From the NCBI GenBank assembly GCA_963700145.1, contig OY969474.1, positions 5,312,001 to 5,376,000 on the forward strand: DNA of 64,000 bases, read 5' to 3'. Shown in pieces: positions 30,644-41,110 of the stretch. A program made the translations under genes and the position numbers. The stretch's first letter is position 1; each line of letters starts with the position of its first letter. The notes beneath the pieces were generated by a model that had not been told where the DNA came from, did not search any database, and saw nothing but the letters and a program-made list of their open reading frames with translations. This DNA is from an uncultured Acidobacteriota bacterium (GTDB lineage: Bacteria; Acidobacteriota; Thermoanaerobaculia; Multivoradales; UBA5704).

Positions 30644-31642
30644 ATGTCAGGGGAGGTCCGAGTGATGAGCGCGGTCGTCAATTGCGTCGCCTATGCTGAG
30701 GGCCAGCGGGACAAGAGCGTCGACATCGAGGAGATCAGCGAGGTCCTCCAGCAGCCCGATCGCTTCGTCTGGGTCGGGCTCCACGAGCCGAGCGAGGAGC
30801 TGCTCCGCCAGGTCCAGAAGGAGTTCGGCCTCCACGACCTCGCGATCGAGGACGCTCACAGCGCCCATCAGCGGCCCAAGATCGAGATGTACGGCGACTC
30901 GCTCTTCATCGTGCTTCGCACCGCGCAAGTCCAGAGCGAAGGACGAGGGATCGAGTTCGGCGAAACGCACTTCTTCATGGGCTCGCGGTACCTCGTATCC
31001 ATCCGCCACGGCTCGTCGTTGTCCTATACCGAGGTTCGCGCGCGATGCGAAGCCAAGCCGGCACTGCTCCGTAACGGACCGGCGTTCGCGCTCTACGCGC
31101 TGATGGATTCCATCGTCGACCAATACTTCCTGATCGTCGATGCGCTCGAGCAGCAGCTGCAAGCGCTCGAAGAGAAGATCTTCAGCGAGTCGTTTAGTCG
31201 CGAGACCACGGCGGACATCTACAACCTCAAACGCGAGCTGCTCGAAGTCAAGCGCTCCGTCTCGCCGCTCATCGACATCTGCAATCGTTTGATGCGCTTC
31301 GATCTCGAGCTGATCCCCGAGGGCACCCGGCCGTACTTCCGGGACGTCTACGACCACGCCGTCCGGATCAACGAGATGGTGGACATCCTGCGCGAGCTGC
31401 TGACGACGGCGCTGGAAGCGAATTTCTCGCTCATCTCCATCTCGCAGAACGAGGTGACGAAGAGGTTCGCCGGATGGGCCGCGATCATCGCGGTGCCGAC
31501 CATGATCGCCGGCATTTACGGGATGAACTTCCGGAGCATGCCGGAGTTGAGCTGGCAGTACGGCTACCCGGTGGTCCTCTCCTTGACCATCGGGTCGTGC
31601 GTCCTCCTGTACGCGCACTTCAAGCGCTCGGGCTGGCTCTGA
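30644..31642 (+). CDS. corA: Mg/Co transporter CorA
   Basis: LHDLAIED, HQRPK, YFRDVYDH, GIYGMNF--MPEL. Start may instead be the GTG/ATG at 30662/30665. Confidence 0.93.
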   Translation: MSGEVRVMSAVVNCVAYAEGQRDKSVDIEEISEVLQQPDRFVWVGLHEPSEELLRQVQKEFGLHDLAIEDAHSAHQRPKIEMYGDSLFIVLRTAQVQSEGRGIEFGETHFFMGSRYLVSIRHGSSLSYTEVRARCEAKPALLRNGPAFALYALMDSIVDQYFLIVDALEQQLQALEEKIFSESFSRETTADIYNLKRELLEVKRSVSPLIDICNRLMRFDLELIPEGTRPYFRDVYDHAVRINEMVDILRELLTTALEANFSLISISQNEVTKRFAGWAAIIAVPTMIAGIYGMNFRSMPELSWQYGYPVVLSLTIGSCVLLYAHFKRSGWL

Positions 31643-31713
31643 CCTTCCGGGCTGACCAGCGGCGCCTCGGCCTCGTGGGCTGTACTACGATGTGGCATAG
31701 AGGGTATGGGGCG

Positions 31714-31932
31714 ATGCGGGAGAGCATCTCGATCAGCCTGCCTGACGGCGTCAAGACCGAGCTCGATCGCTTCATCGAGCGGCGTGGGATCACGCGCAGC
31801 GAAGCGGTGCGCGAGGCAGTCACGGACTACCTGTTCATGCAGAGACTGCGCGACCTGCGGGGGCAATTGATGCCCAGCGCGGCAGCTCAGGGAGTCTGCA
31901 CCGACGAGGACGTCTTCCGCCTCGTCTCGTGA
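31714..31932 (+). CDS. CopG/ribbon-helix-helix antitoxin
   Basis: SISISLPD...TRSEAVREAV...TDEDVFRLVS. Confidence 0.82.
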   Translation: MRESISISLPDGVKTELDRFIERRGITRSEAVREAVTDYLFMQRLRDLRGQLMPSAAAQGVCTDEDVFRLVS

Positions 31933-32036
31933 GGCTCGTCCTCGACACCACGTCCCTGATCGCGGCGTTTTGGCGACTCGAAGCCGTCGTCGAGCATGGC
32001 GCCGAGAGCAACCCCGAGAGCGCACAGCCCGAATGA
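31929..32036 (+). pseudogene. Truncated PIN toxin remnant
   Basis: GTGA-coupled start MRLVLDTTSLIAAF, resembling the PIN N-terminus MRVVLDTNVL; stops after 35 aa. Confidence 0.7.
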
Positions 32037-32047
32037 AGGAGACCGCC

Positions 32048-32773
32048 ATGGACCTCTGGGCCGGCACCAGCGGCTTCGCCTACGACGAGTGGAAGGGCGG
32101 GTTCTATCCGGAGGACCTGCCGGCGGCGGCGCGGCTGGGGTTCTACGCCGAGCGCCTGCCGGCGGTCGAGATCAACAACACCTTTTACCGGCTGCCGAAG
32201 GCGAGCGTCCTCCAGGGGTGGGCGGAGCAGGTGCCGGCGCGGTTCCGGTTCGCGCTCAAGGCGTCGCAGAAGATCACCCACTTCCGCCGGCTGGCCGGGG
32301 CCGAGGACGAGACCTCCTACCTCTTCCGCACCGTCGGCGTCCTCGGCGCGCGCCTGGGCCCGGTGCTCTTCGGCCTGCCGCCCAACCTGAAGTTGGACCT
32401 GCCGCGCCTGGAGGCCTTCCTCGACTTCCTGGCCCGCGAGGCCGTCTCGGCGCCGGTCGCCTTCGAGTTCCGCAACCCGACCTGGCACGACGAGTCCGTC
32501 TACGAAGCGCTCCGCGCCCGCGGCTGCGCCCTCTGCCAAGCCGACACCGACGAGGAGCCGCTCGCCGCGCTCGTGCCGACCGCGCCCTTCGGCTACCTCC
32601 GCCTGCGTCGCGCCGAGTACGGCGAGGAGGACCTCGCGCGCTGGGCCGCGACGCTCCACGCGCAGCCCTGGCGGGAGGTCTACGTCTTCTTCAAGCACGA
32701 GGACGCCACCGGCCCGCTCACCGCCCGGCGCTTCGGCGAGCTGTTCGCGGCGGCAGCGCCGGCCGGGGCTTAG
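32048..32773 (+). CDS. DUF72 family protein
   Basis: GTSGF-Y-EW-G-FYP, VEINNTFY, KASQKITH, EFRN and VYVFFKHE. Confidence 0.92.
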   Translation: MDLWAGTSGFAYDEWKGGFYPEDLPAAARLGFYAERLPAVEINNTFYRLPKASVLQGWAEQVPARFRFALKASQKITHFRRLAGAEDETSYLFRTVGVLGARLGPVLFGLPPNLKLDLPRLEAFLDFLAREAVSAPVAFEFRNPTWHDESVYEALRARGCALCQADTDEEPLAALVPTAPFGYLRLRRAEYGEEDLARWAATLHAQPWREVYVFFKHEDATGPLTARRFGELFAAAAPAGA

Positions 32774-32801
32774 CCCGCAAGCTATACTCGGCGCAGCCGT
32801 T

Positions 32802-34157
32802 ATGCGCCGCTTCGCGCCCTCCGCGCCCCACCGCCGACCGCGGCCGATCCGGCTCGCCGCGGCCCTGCTGCTGGCGGCCGGCGGCGCGCTCCTCGCCGCC
32901 CCGCCGGAGGGGCCGCGCCCCGCGACGGGCGCCCGCCCGGAGGTGCTCCACCTCCGCGTCCGCTCGATCATCCACCCGATCGCCGCCGAGTACGTGCGCG
33001 ACGGGCTGGCGGAGGCCGACGCTGCCGGCGCCGCGGCGGTGGTCCTGGAGCTCGACACGCCCGGCGGCCTCCTCACCTCGACGCGCGAGATCTTCACCGC
33101 CATGCTCGGGGCCAAGACGCCGGTCGTCGTCTGGGTGGGTCCGAGCGGCGCGCAGGCCGCGTCGGCCGGCTTCTTCATCCTGATGGCGGCCGACGTCGCC
33201 GCCATGGCCCCCGGCACCAACACCGGCGCCGCCCATCCGGTCGGGGGCCAGGGCGAGGACATCCCCGGCGTCCTCGGCGCCAAGGCGGAGCAGGACGCGG
33301 CGGCCACCATCCGCTCGCTCGCCGCCCGCCACGGCCGCAATCCCAAGCTGGCCGAGGAGGCCGTGGTCAAGAGCCGCTCCTTTACCGCCCGCGAGGCGCT
33401 GGAAGCGAAGCTCGTCGAGTTCGTGGCGCCGAGCCTGCCGCGTCTCCTCGCCGCGGTGGACGGCCGCGAAGTGGTGCGCGGCGAGCGCCGCGTCCGCCTC
33501 GCCACCGCCGGCGCCCCCGTGCGCGCCCTCGAGATGTCGACCTTCGAGCGGGTCCTGTCGGCGATCGCCCACCCCAACATCGCCTACCTGCTGCTGACCT
33601 TCGGCGCGCTCGGGCTCTACTTCGAGCTGATGCACCCGGGGGCGGTGCTGCCGGGGGTGGTCGGCGGGATCGCCCTCCTCCTCGCCTTCTTCGCCCTCTC
33701 GGTCCTGCCGGTCGACTACGCCGGGCTCGGCCTCCTGCTCCTCGCCCTGATCCTCTTCATCGCCGAGATCAAGGTGACGAGCTACGGCCTGCTGACGGTG
33801 GCCGGGCTGATCTCGCTGGTCCTGGGGTCGCTGATGCTCTTCGACAGCCCGGAGCCGGCGCTGCGGGTGAGCCGGCAGGTGATCGCGGCGCTCGCCGTCA
33901 CCGCGGCGCTGGTCGTGGGGTTCCTGACGGCGATGGTGCTGCGCGTCCACCGCATGCGAGTGCGGACGGGGGCCGAAGGATTGGTGCACGAGCAAGGCAC
34001 GGCGCGCTCGCCGCTGGCGCCGCGCGGCAAGGTCTTCGTGCACGGCGAGATCTGGGAGGCGGTGGCCGAGGAGCCGGTGGCGGCGGGGGAGCCGGTCGAG
34101 GTGCTGGGAATCGAAGGGCTGACGCTCAAGGTGCGCCGCGCGCCCGCGGCCGCCTAG
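32802..34157 (+). CDS. nfeD: NfeD membrane-bound serine protease
   Basis: LDTPGG, AASAG, AMAPGTNTGAAHPV; TM region; C-terminal OB fold GKVFVHGEIWEA. Confidence 0.92.
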   Translation: MRRFAPSAPHRRPRPIRLAAALLLAAGGALLAAPPEGPRPATGARPEVLHLRVRSIIHPIAAEYVRDGLAEADAAGAAAVVLELDTPGGLLTSTREIFTAMLGAKTPVVVWVGPSGAQAASAGFFILMAADVAAMAPGTNTGAAHPVGGQGEDIPGVLGAKAEQDAAATIRSLAARHGRNPKLAEEAVVKSRSFTAREALEAKLVEFVAPSLPRLLAAVDGREVVRGERRVRLATAGAPVRALEMSTFERVLSAIAHPNIAYLLLTFGALGLYFELMHPGAVLPGVVGGIALLLAFFALSVLPVDYAGLGLLLLALILFIAEIKVTSYGLLTVAGLISLVLGSLMLFDSPEPALRVSRQVIAALAVTAALVVGFLTAMVLRVHRMRVRTGAEGLVHEQGTARSPLAPRGKVFVHGEIWEAVAEEPVAAGEPVEVLGIEGLTLKVRRAPAAA

Positions 34158-34172
34158 GAGCGAGGAGAGATC

Positions 34173-34934
34173 ATGGACCTGCTGCCGATCGCGGTCGTCG
34201 TTTTCATCGTCTTGGTCCTGCTGCTCAAGTGGATCAACGTCCTCAACGAGTACGAGCGGGCGGTGACCTTCTGGCTGGGCCGTCTCGCCGACCGGCCGAA
34301 GGGGCCGGGGCTGGTGCTCATCTTCTGGCCGTTCGAGAAGATGATCCGCATCCCGCTGCGCACGGTGGTGCTCGACGTGCCGTCGCAGGACATCATCACC
34401 CGCGACAACGTGTCGGTGAAGGTCAACGCGGTGGTCTACTTCCGCGTCGTCGATCCGGCGAGGGCGGTGGTCGAGGTCGAGAACTACCTCTACGCCACGA
34501 GCCAGCTCGCCCAGACGACGCTGCGCTCGGTCCTCGGCCAGGCCGAGCTCGACGAGCTGCTCTCCGAGCGCGAGAAGCTCAACGATCGCCTGCAGGAGAT
34601 CATCGACCACCAGACCGACCCCTGGGGGATCAAGGTGTCGATGGTCGAGCTCAAGCACGTCGACCTGCCGCAGGAGATGCAGCGGGCGATGGCGCGGCAG
34701 GCTGAGGCCGAGCGGGAGAAGCGCGGCAAGATCATCCACGCCCAGGGGGAGCTCGAGGCCTCGAAGGCGCTGGCTGAGGCGGCGGTCATCATCGCCGCCA
34801 ACCCCGTCACCCTCCAGCTGCGCTACCTCCAGACGCTGACCGAGGTCGCCACCGAGAAGAACTCGACGATCATTTTCCCGCTGCCCATCGACCTGATCCG
34901 GGCCTTCCTCCCCTCGCCCGACGCACGGACCTGA
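34173..34934 (+). CDS. SPFH/stomatin (slipin) protein
   Basis: [35 protein letters not shown] and LQLRYLQTL; paired with nfeD. Confidence 0.94.
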   Translation: MDLLPIAVVVFIVLVLLLKWINVLNEYERAVTFWLGRLADRPKGPGLVLIFWPFEKMIRIPLRTVVLDVPSQDIITRDNVSVKVNAVVYFRVVDPARAVVEVENYLYATSQLAQTTLRSVLGQAELDELLSEREKLNDRLQEIIDHQTDPWGIKVSMVELKHVDLPQEMQRAMARQAEAEREKRGKIIHAQGELEASKALAEAAVIIAANPVTLQLRYLQTLTEVATEKNSTIIFPLPIDLIRAFLPSPDART

Positions 34935-34947
34935 ACCGGAGCGCGAC

Positions 34948-35628
34948 GTGACCGAGCCGCACCACGAGCCGAGCTACTACGAGATCGCCCTCACGAACCG
35001 GCAGGTGGTGGTCGCCTTCGCGATCCTCCTGGTCTGCCTGCTCGCCGCCTTCCTCTCCGGCGTCTGGGTCGGGCGGGAGGGCGTGGGGTCCGGCGACGAG
35101 GAGCCGCAGGTCGCGGCGCGGACCGCGCCGCAGCCGGGAGCGGCGCTCGACGAGTTCGAGTTCTTCGAGGAGGGGGAGGAGGGAAGCGCGCCGGCCGCCC
35201 CGCCGCAGACCGAGGTGGGCGCGCCGCAGCCGCAGGGCCCGACGACGCTGCGCGAGGACCTCGAGGAGCCGGCTCCGGACGACGAGCCCGGTGCCGGCGA
35301 GCCCGCGGACGAGGGTGAGGCGGAGGGCGAGGAGGAGCCGGCCGCCCCCGCACCGGAGCCTCGTCCACAGCCGCCGGCCGAGCCGGCGCGCGCCCCCGCC
35401 GGCACCGCCGTCATCCAGGTCTTCTCCTCGGCCGAGCAGAGCCAGGCCAGCGACATCCGCGACCGCCTCACCGCCGCCGGCTACAAGGCCTACCTCTCGC
35501 CGGTCGACGTCGGCGGCCGCACCATGTACCGCGTGCGCATCGGCCCCTTCACCTCCCGCGCCAAGGCGCAGGAGGTCGCCGAGCGGGTGCGGAAGTCCCA
35601 CCGCCTGGATACGTGGGTCACCGAGTAG
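34948..35628 (+). CDS. SPOR-domain cell division/envelope protein
   Basis: N-terminal TM segment, acidic Pro-rich linker, IQVFS...YRVRIGPF. Confidence 0.87.
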   Translation: MTEPHHEPSYYEIALTNRQVVVAFAILLVCLLAAFLSGVWVGREGVGSGDEEPQVAARTAPQPGAALDEFEFFEEGEEGSAPAAPPQTEVGAPQPQGPTTLREDLEEPAPDDEPGAGEPADEGEAEGEEEPAAPAPEPRPQPPAEPARAPAGTAVIQVFSSAEQSQASDIRDRLTAAGYKAYLSPVDVGGRTMYRVRIGPFTSRAKAQEVAERVRKSHRLDTWVTE

Positions 35629-37139
35629 GGGCCCTCCTCGTCGCCGCCCTGGGCGGCGCGGTCTGGGGGCTGTGCTTCGGGCGCGAGACGCTGCCGCTCG
35701 CCTCGTGGGCGGCGCTGGCGCCGCTGGTGCTGCTCCTCGGGCACCGCCGCGCGCCGCTCCTCGGCTGGCTGCACGGCACCGTCTTCTGGGCGGTCTCGAT
35801 CTCCTGGATCGCGCCGACCCTCGAGACCTACGGCGGCCTGCCGCGGCCGCTGGCGATTGTCTTGACCGCCGCGCTCTGCCTCTTCCTCGGGCTCTACCAC
35901 CTCGTCTTCGCCTGGCTCGGGCGGTCGTTCTGGCGGCGCGGCGGCGCGCTGCCGCTCGTCGCGCTGCCAGCGCTCTGGGTGACGCTGGAGTGGCTCCGCA
36001 CCTACGCCGTCTCGGGCTTCCCCTGGAACCTAGCCGGCTACGCCTGGATCGACGTCCCCGGCGTCCTGCCGCTCGCCGCCTGGGTCGGCGTCTTCGGCAT
36101 CTCCTACCTCCTGGTGCTGGCGAACACCGGCATCGCGGCCGCGGTGGCGCGCCGGCGCTGGACCGCCGCGGCGGTCCCCGTCCTCCTGCCGCTCCTGCTG
36201 CTGCCCGTCGCCGGCCGCTGGAGTCGGAGCTGGAGTGCCGACGCCGCCGATGCCTCCCCCTTCGCCGCTGCCGGCGAGACCGGGCGGCCCTTCCGCCTCC
36301 TGCAGCCGAACATCGCGAACCTCGTCGCCTTCGAGCGCGCCGCGGTCGAGCGGAACTACCGCAAGGTGCTCGCCCTCTCCTCCGCCGCCTGCGACCCTGG
36401 GAGCCTCCTCGTCTGGCCGGAGAGCGCCGCCTGGCCGTTCAGCTACGCGCGCGACCCGCTCCTCGCCCGCGACCTCGCGGCGCTGGCGCGGCGCGGTTGC
36501 ACGGTCCTCTTCAACTCGGTCCACGAGGAGGGGGAGAGCTACTACAACTCGGCCTTCCTGGTCGCCGAGGGGCGGCCCGTGGTGCGCTACGACAAGCGGC
36601 ACCTCGTCCCGTTCGGCGAGTACGTGCCGCTGCAAGGGGTCTTTACTTTCATGGACTCGCTGGCGCGCAACGCCGGCGACTTCCGCGCCGCCGAGCGGCT
36701 GGTCCTCCTGCCCTGGGAGGACGAGCTGCTCGGGGTGGCGATCTGCTTCGAGGTGATCTTCCCGGCCGAGGTGGCCGAGCTGGCGCGCGCCGGGGCGACG
36801 ATCCTCGTCACCGTCACCAACGACGCCTGGTACGGCGACACCTTCGCCCCCTGGCAGCACTTCCGGATGGCCCGCTTCCGCGCCGCCGAGACCCGCCGCC
36901 CGCTGCTGCGCGCCGCGATCACCGGCGTCTCGGCCGTCATCGCCCCCGACGGCTCGGTCCGCGCCCAGCTCGGCGTCTTCGAGGAGGGCGTCATCCGCGG
37001 CACCGTCGCCGGCCGCCGCGGCGTCACGCCGTTCGCCCGCCGGCCCTGGCTCGTGCCGGCGGCGTCCACGCTGCTCGCCGCCCTCGCGATCGTCTGGGCA
37101 CGCCGCTCCCCAGCGCGGCCGCGCGCGCCGAAGTCCTAG
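35613..37139 (+). CDS. lnt: Apolipoprotein N-acyltransferase
   Basis: GFPW, QPNI, WPESA, YDKRHLVPFGEYVP, ICFE and TNDAWYG. Start uncertain. Confidence 0.93.
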   Translation: MGHRVGALLVAALGGAVWGLCFGRETLPLASWAALAPLVLLLGHRRAPLLGWLHGTVFWAVSISWIAPTLETYGGLPRPLAIVLTAALCLFLGLYHLVFAWLGRSFWRRGGALPLVALPALWVTLEWLRTYAVSGFPWNLAGYAWIDVPGVLPLAAWVGVFGISYLLVLANTGIAAAVARRRWTAAAVPVLLPLLLLPVAGRWSRSWSADAADASPFAAAGETGRPFRLLQPNIANLVAFERAAVERNYRKVLALSSAACDPGSLLVWPESAAWPFSYARDPLLARDLAALARRGCTVLFNSVHEEGESYYNSAFLVAEGRPVVRYDKRHLVPFGEYVPLQGVFTFMDSLARNAGDFRAAERLVLLPWEDELLGVAICFEVIFPAEVAELARAGATILVTVTNDAWYGDTFAPWQHFRMARFRAAETRRPLLRAAITGVSAVIAPDGSVRAQLGVFEEGVIRGTVAGRRGVTPFARRPWLVPAASTLLAALAIVWARRSPARPRAPKS

Positions 37140-37148
37140 CGGACGGCC

Positions 37149-38036
37149 ATGCTCTGGCTCGGCGAAGAACGCGGCTACCTGTCGGACTGGGTCACGCAGG
37201 GCTGGGTGAAGCTCACCGGCCGGCGTGTCGACCTGTCGCGAGAGGACTGGCTGAGCGGCCCCAGCGGTCCGACGCGCGGGATCGGCGACTCCTTCTTCCA
37301 AGAGCTCGCTGCGCGCTCGGGCTGCAATGTGCAACCCTCCTCACCGCACGCCGGCCTGCTCGCTTCGACCGCGGAGCTGGCCGGGCCGGACTTCGCGGCC
37401 GGGCAGGTCGCGCCGAGCGTGGCGCACTTCTACGAGCGCACCGGCGCGTACGAGCTCGACGCATGGTCGCAGTGGTGCGGGGTGTTCCGCCCGTTCGGCC
37501 GCCTGCTCGCCGCCCTCTTCAGCCGCCGGCTGCAGCAGCTCAACGTCCCCCTCTCGCCGCTGGACACGAGCCGCGGCATGACCAGCGAGGTGCTGCGCCT
37601 GACGGACCGCGAGACCGGCGCCGTCCGCTACACCGCGTGGGTGCGGAAGCTGCTCGGGAGCGGCGACCTGCTCTACGCCGGCACCTACGACCCCTGCCGG
37701 GTACCCTGCTTCCCGGGCACCTGCCTGAAAGTGGCGTTCCCGCTGCCGAACGGGCGCGCGCTCGTCATCATGCGTCCCGAATCGGACGCCGACGGCTCGC
37801 TGACGCTGGTCTCGGCCGGCAAGCGGTGGGGCGATCCCGGCTTCTACTTCGTCGTCGAAGACCGCCGCGGGCGTGCGTGGGCCCGCGCCGTGCGCTCGCT
37901 GCGCGAGAGCATCCGCGTCTACCCCGCCGGCGAGGAGGTCCGGGCCGACCACGTCCTGACGTTGTGGGGCGCCACCTTCCTCCGCCTCCACTACCGGCTC
38001 CGACCGGTCGCGGCCTCCTCCGAGTCACGGCGCTAA
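37149..38036 (+). CDS. Conserved-looking hypothetical protein
   Basis: 295-aa ORF (FYERT, FSRRLQQLNVP, VAFPLPNG, GDPGFY); function not recognised. Confidence 0.75.
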   Translation: MLWLGEERGYLSDWVTQGWVKLTGRRVDLSREDWLSGPSGPTRGIGDSFFQELAARSGCNVQPSSPHAGLLASTAELAGPDFAAGQVAPSVAHFYERTGAYELDAWSQWCGVFRPFGRLLAALFSRRLQQLNVPLSPLDTSRGMTSEVLRLTDRETGAVRYTAWVRKLLGSGDLLYAGTYDPCRVPCFPGTCLKVAFPLPNGRALVIMRPESDADGSLTLVSAGKRWGDPGFYFVVEDRRGRAWARAVRSLRESIRVYPAGEEVRADHVLTLWGATFLRLHYRLRPVAASSESRR

Positions 38037-38073
38037 GATTCATTCGACAGCAGATGAGAGGAGACGAGACAGC

Positions 38074-38325
38074 ATGAAAACCTGGCGAGCGCTCCTGCTA
38101 TCCGCCGCATGCCTCCTGGTCACCGCCTGCACGAACCACACGAGCCACACGGACCCCAGGCCCGCCGACTGTCCGCCGCCGCGGCAGTCCGACGAGGTCT
38201 GCCCTCAGGTCGTCGTCTGGGCCAAGGATCCGCAAACCGGAACCTGCTGCCAGTACGGGACGCCGTGCAACGCGCCGGAAGGCTGGGAGACCTACTACTC
38301 GGAGGCCGAATGCCGGGCGGACTAG
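38074..38325 (+). CDS. Small Cys-rich lipoprotein
   Basis: GAGGAG SD, lipobox LVTAC, six further Cys (CPQV...GTCCQYGTPC...EC). Confidence 0.75.
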   Translation: MKTWRALLLSAACLLVTACTNHTSHTDPRPADCPPPRQSDEVCPQVVVWAKDPQTGTCCQYGTPCNAPEGWETYYSEAECRAD

Positions 38326-38336
38326 AATCCCCGCCC

Positions 38337-39459
38337 ATGATCGCCTCCGACGTCCAGCAGCGCATCGACCGGCTCGCCGAGCAGCTCGGGGGGCTCCGGG
38401 GGTACCTTTGAGGACGCCCGGCTGGAGGAGCAGCTCGCCGAGATCGACCGGCAGATGGAGCAGCCGGGCTTCTGGGACGCTCCGGCGCGGAGCGCGCCTC
38501 TGTTGCAGCGCCGGCGTGCTCTCGCCCGCCGCTTCGACACTCTGAAGCGCCTGCGCGCCGACGCCTCGGAGCTCGAGGCCTGGGGCGAGCTCCTCGCCGA
38601 AGGGGAGACCGACCCCGAAGCCGCCCGCTTCCTCGACCGCCTCGAAGAGGACCTCCACAAGCTCGAGCTGCAGCTCAAGCTCTCCGGCGAGGACGACGAC
38701 AAGAACGCCATCCTGGTCATCCACCCCGGCGCCGGCGGCACCGAGTCGCAGGACTGGGCCGAGATGCTCTTGCGCATGTACCTGCGCTGGGGGGAGCAGA
38801 ACGGCTACGACGTGGAGCTGCTCGACCGCCTCGACGGCGAGGAGGCGGGGATCAAGAGCGCCACGGTGGCGCTCCGCGGCCAGTACGCCTACGGCTACCT
38901 CCAGGGCGAGACCGGCGTCCACCGCCTGGTGCGGATCAGCCCCTACGACTTCCAGGGGCGCCGCCACACCTCGTTCGCCTCGGTCTACGTCGTGCCCGAA
39001 GTGGACGACGACGTGGACATCCAGATCGAGGACAAAGACCTGCGCATCGACACCTATCGCTCCTCCGGCGCCGGCGGCCAGCACGTCAACAAGACCGAGT
39101 CGGCGGTGCGCATCACCCACATGCCCAGCGGCCTCGTGGTCAACTGCCAGAACGAGCGCAGCCAGATCAAGAACCGCGCGACGGCGATGAAGGTGCTGCG
39201 CGCCCGCCTCTACGACCTCGAGATGAAGAAGCGCAAGGCCGAGCAGGCCGAGCGCGAGGGGAAGAAGAAAGACATCGCCTGGGGGAGCCAGATCCGCAGC
39301 TACGTGCTCCACCCCTACCGGCTGGTCAAGGACCACCGCACCGGCGCCGAGATGGGGGACGCCGACCGGGTGCTCGACGGCGACCTGGACCTCTTCGTCG
39401 AGGCGTTCCTGAAGGGTCAGATGGCCGAGCCCGGAGCGCGGGACGAGCTGCCGGCGTAG
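38337..39459 (+). CDS. prfB: Peptide chain release factor 2 with programmed +1 frameshift
   Basis: 24 codons ending RGYL, then CTT TGA at 38406-38411 after GGGGG. The +1 frame carries GAGGTESQDW, the SPY (SPF-like) motif and GGQ. Confidence 0.96.
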
Positions 39460-39482
39460 CCGCCGCCACTGCCGAGCGGCCC

Positions 39483-41096
39483 GTGCCCGCCTCCGACCTC
39501 CGCCTCGACGTCGTCTCCCCGCTGCCGCCCGTCCGCTCGGGGATCGCCGACTACACGCTCGACCTGCTGCCCGAGCTGGCGGCGCGGGCCGACGTGCGGC
39601 TGGTGCGCCTGCCCGGCCAGCCGGTGGCGCCGGAGGTCGAGGCACGCTGGCGCCCGGTGCCGGCCGAGGAGGCCGGCGCCGACGGCCGCCTCCCCCTCTA
39701 CCAGATGGGCAACAACCACCACCACGCGGCCGTGCTGGCGCTGGCGCTCCAGCGGCCCGGCGTGCTGACCCTCCACGACCTCGTCCTCCACCACCTCCTC
39801 CTCGACCAGACGCTCGGCCGCGGCGAGTACGAGCCCTACGAAGAGCGGCTGACGGCCGACCACGGCTGGATCGGCCGCGCGACGGCGCGCGGCAAGCGCT
39901 GGGGGGCCTATGGCGAGGCGCCGACCTTCGCCCTGCCGGCGCAGCGCGCGCTCCTGCGGCGGCAGCGCGGCGTCCTGGTGCACAGCGCCTGGGCGGCGGC
40001 GGTGGTGCGCGAGGACGATCCGGAGCTGCGGGTGCGGCAGGTGCCGATGGGGATCCCGCTGCCGCCGCGGGCCGACCGCGCGGCCGGATTGGCGGTGCGC
40101 CGCCGCTTCGGGGTGCCCGACGACGCGCCCGTCGCCGGCTCCTTCGGCTTCCAGACCCCGATCAAGCGGACGGAGGCGGCGATCGCGGCGCTCGCCGCGC
40201 CGGGGCTCGAGCGGCTCCACCTGCTGGTCGTCGGCGAGATGGCCTGGCAGGTGGACCTGACGGGCGCGGCGCGCGCGGCGGGCGTCGCCGACCGGGTGCA
40301 CGTCACCGGCTTCGTCGAGTACGCGGAGTTCGAGGCGGCGATCGCCGCGACTGACCTCTGCCTGAACCTGCGCTACCCGACGGCGGGGGAGACCTCGGCG
40401 TCGCTGCTGCGGGTGCTCGCCGCCGGGAGGCCGGCCGTGGTCTCGGACTACGCGCAGTTCGTGGACCTGCCGAACGACGTGGCGGTGCACGTGCCGCTCG
40501 GCGACGGCGAGACCGAGGCGCTGGCGGCGCGCCTGCGCGAGCTGCTCGCGGACCCGGCGCGGCTGGCGGCGATGGGGGAGGCGGCGCGCGAGCACGTGCG
40601 GCGCGAGCACGACCCGGCGCGGGCCGCCGAGGCGGTCGTCGAGGCCTGCCGCGCGTTTCGCGCGCTGCCGCCGCTCGCCGAGCGGCCGGCCGCGCCGCCG
40701 CCGCCGAGCAGCCTGACCTGGCACGCGCTGCCGGGGCGGCTGGAGGTCGAGGGTGCCGAGGGCCCGTGGGCGCCTGGAGAGCGGCGGCGCCTGCGCCTGC
40801 GTTTGGCCAACACCGGCTTCGCCCGCTGGCTGGCGGGCACCAGCGGGCCGGGCGGGGTGGCGGTCGTCGTGCGGCTCTACGTCGAAGGGCCGGAAGGGCG
40901 GCGCGACCTCCTCGGCGACCGCCGCTGGCTGCCGCTACCGCGCGACCTCGCGCCGGGCGAGGAAACGGTCCTCGAGACCGAGGTGCGGCGGCCGCCGGGC
41001 CCGGCCGAGCTCTGGGTCGAGCCGCACGTCTTCCAGAGCCTCGACGGCCGCGGCTTCTCCGAGCTCGGCGGCCCCTGGTGGGCGCGGGAGATCTAG
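39483..41096 (+). CDS. Glycosyltransferase family 4
   Basis: SPLPPVRSGIADY, YQMGNN, LHDLVLHH and LNLRYPTAGETS. Confidence 0.88.
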   Translation: MPASDLRLDVVSPLPPVRSGIADYTLDLLPELAARADVRLVRLPGQPVAPEVEARWRPVPAEEAGADGRLPLYQMGNNHHHAAVLALALQRPGVLTLHDLVLHHLLLDQTLGRGEYEPYEERLTADHGWIGRATARGKRWGAYGEAPTFALPAQRALLRRQRGVLVHSAWAAAVVREDDPELRVRQVPMGIPLPPRADRAAGLAVRRRFGVPDDAPVAGSFGFQTPIKRTEAAIAALAAPGLERLHLLVVGEMAWQVDLTGAARAAGVADRVHVTGFVEYAEFEAAIAATDLCLNLRYPTAGETSASLLRVLAAGRPAVVSDYAQFVDLPNDVAVHVPLGDGETEALAARLRELLADPARLAAMGEAAREHVRREHDPARAAEAVVEACRAFRALPPLAERPAAPPPPSSLTWHALPGRLEVEGAEGPWAPGERRRLRLRLANTGFARWLAGTSGPGGVAVVVRLYVEGPEGRRDLLGDRRWLPLPRDLAPGEETVLETEVRRPPGPAELWVEPHVFQSLDGRGFSELGGPWWAREI

Positions 41097-41110
41097 GGGA
41101 CACTCAGCGA

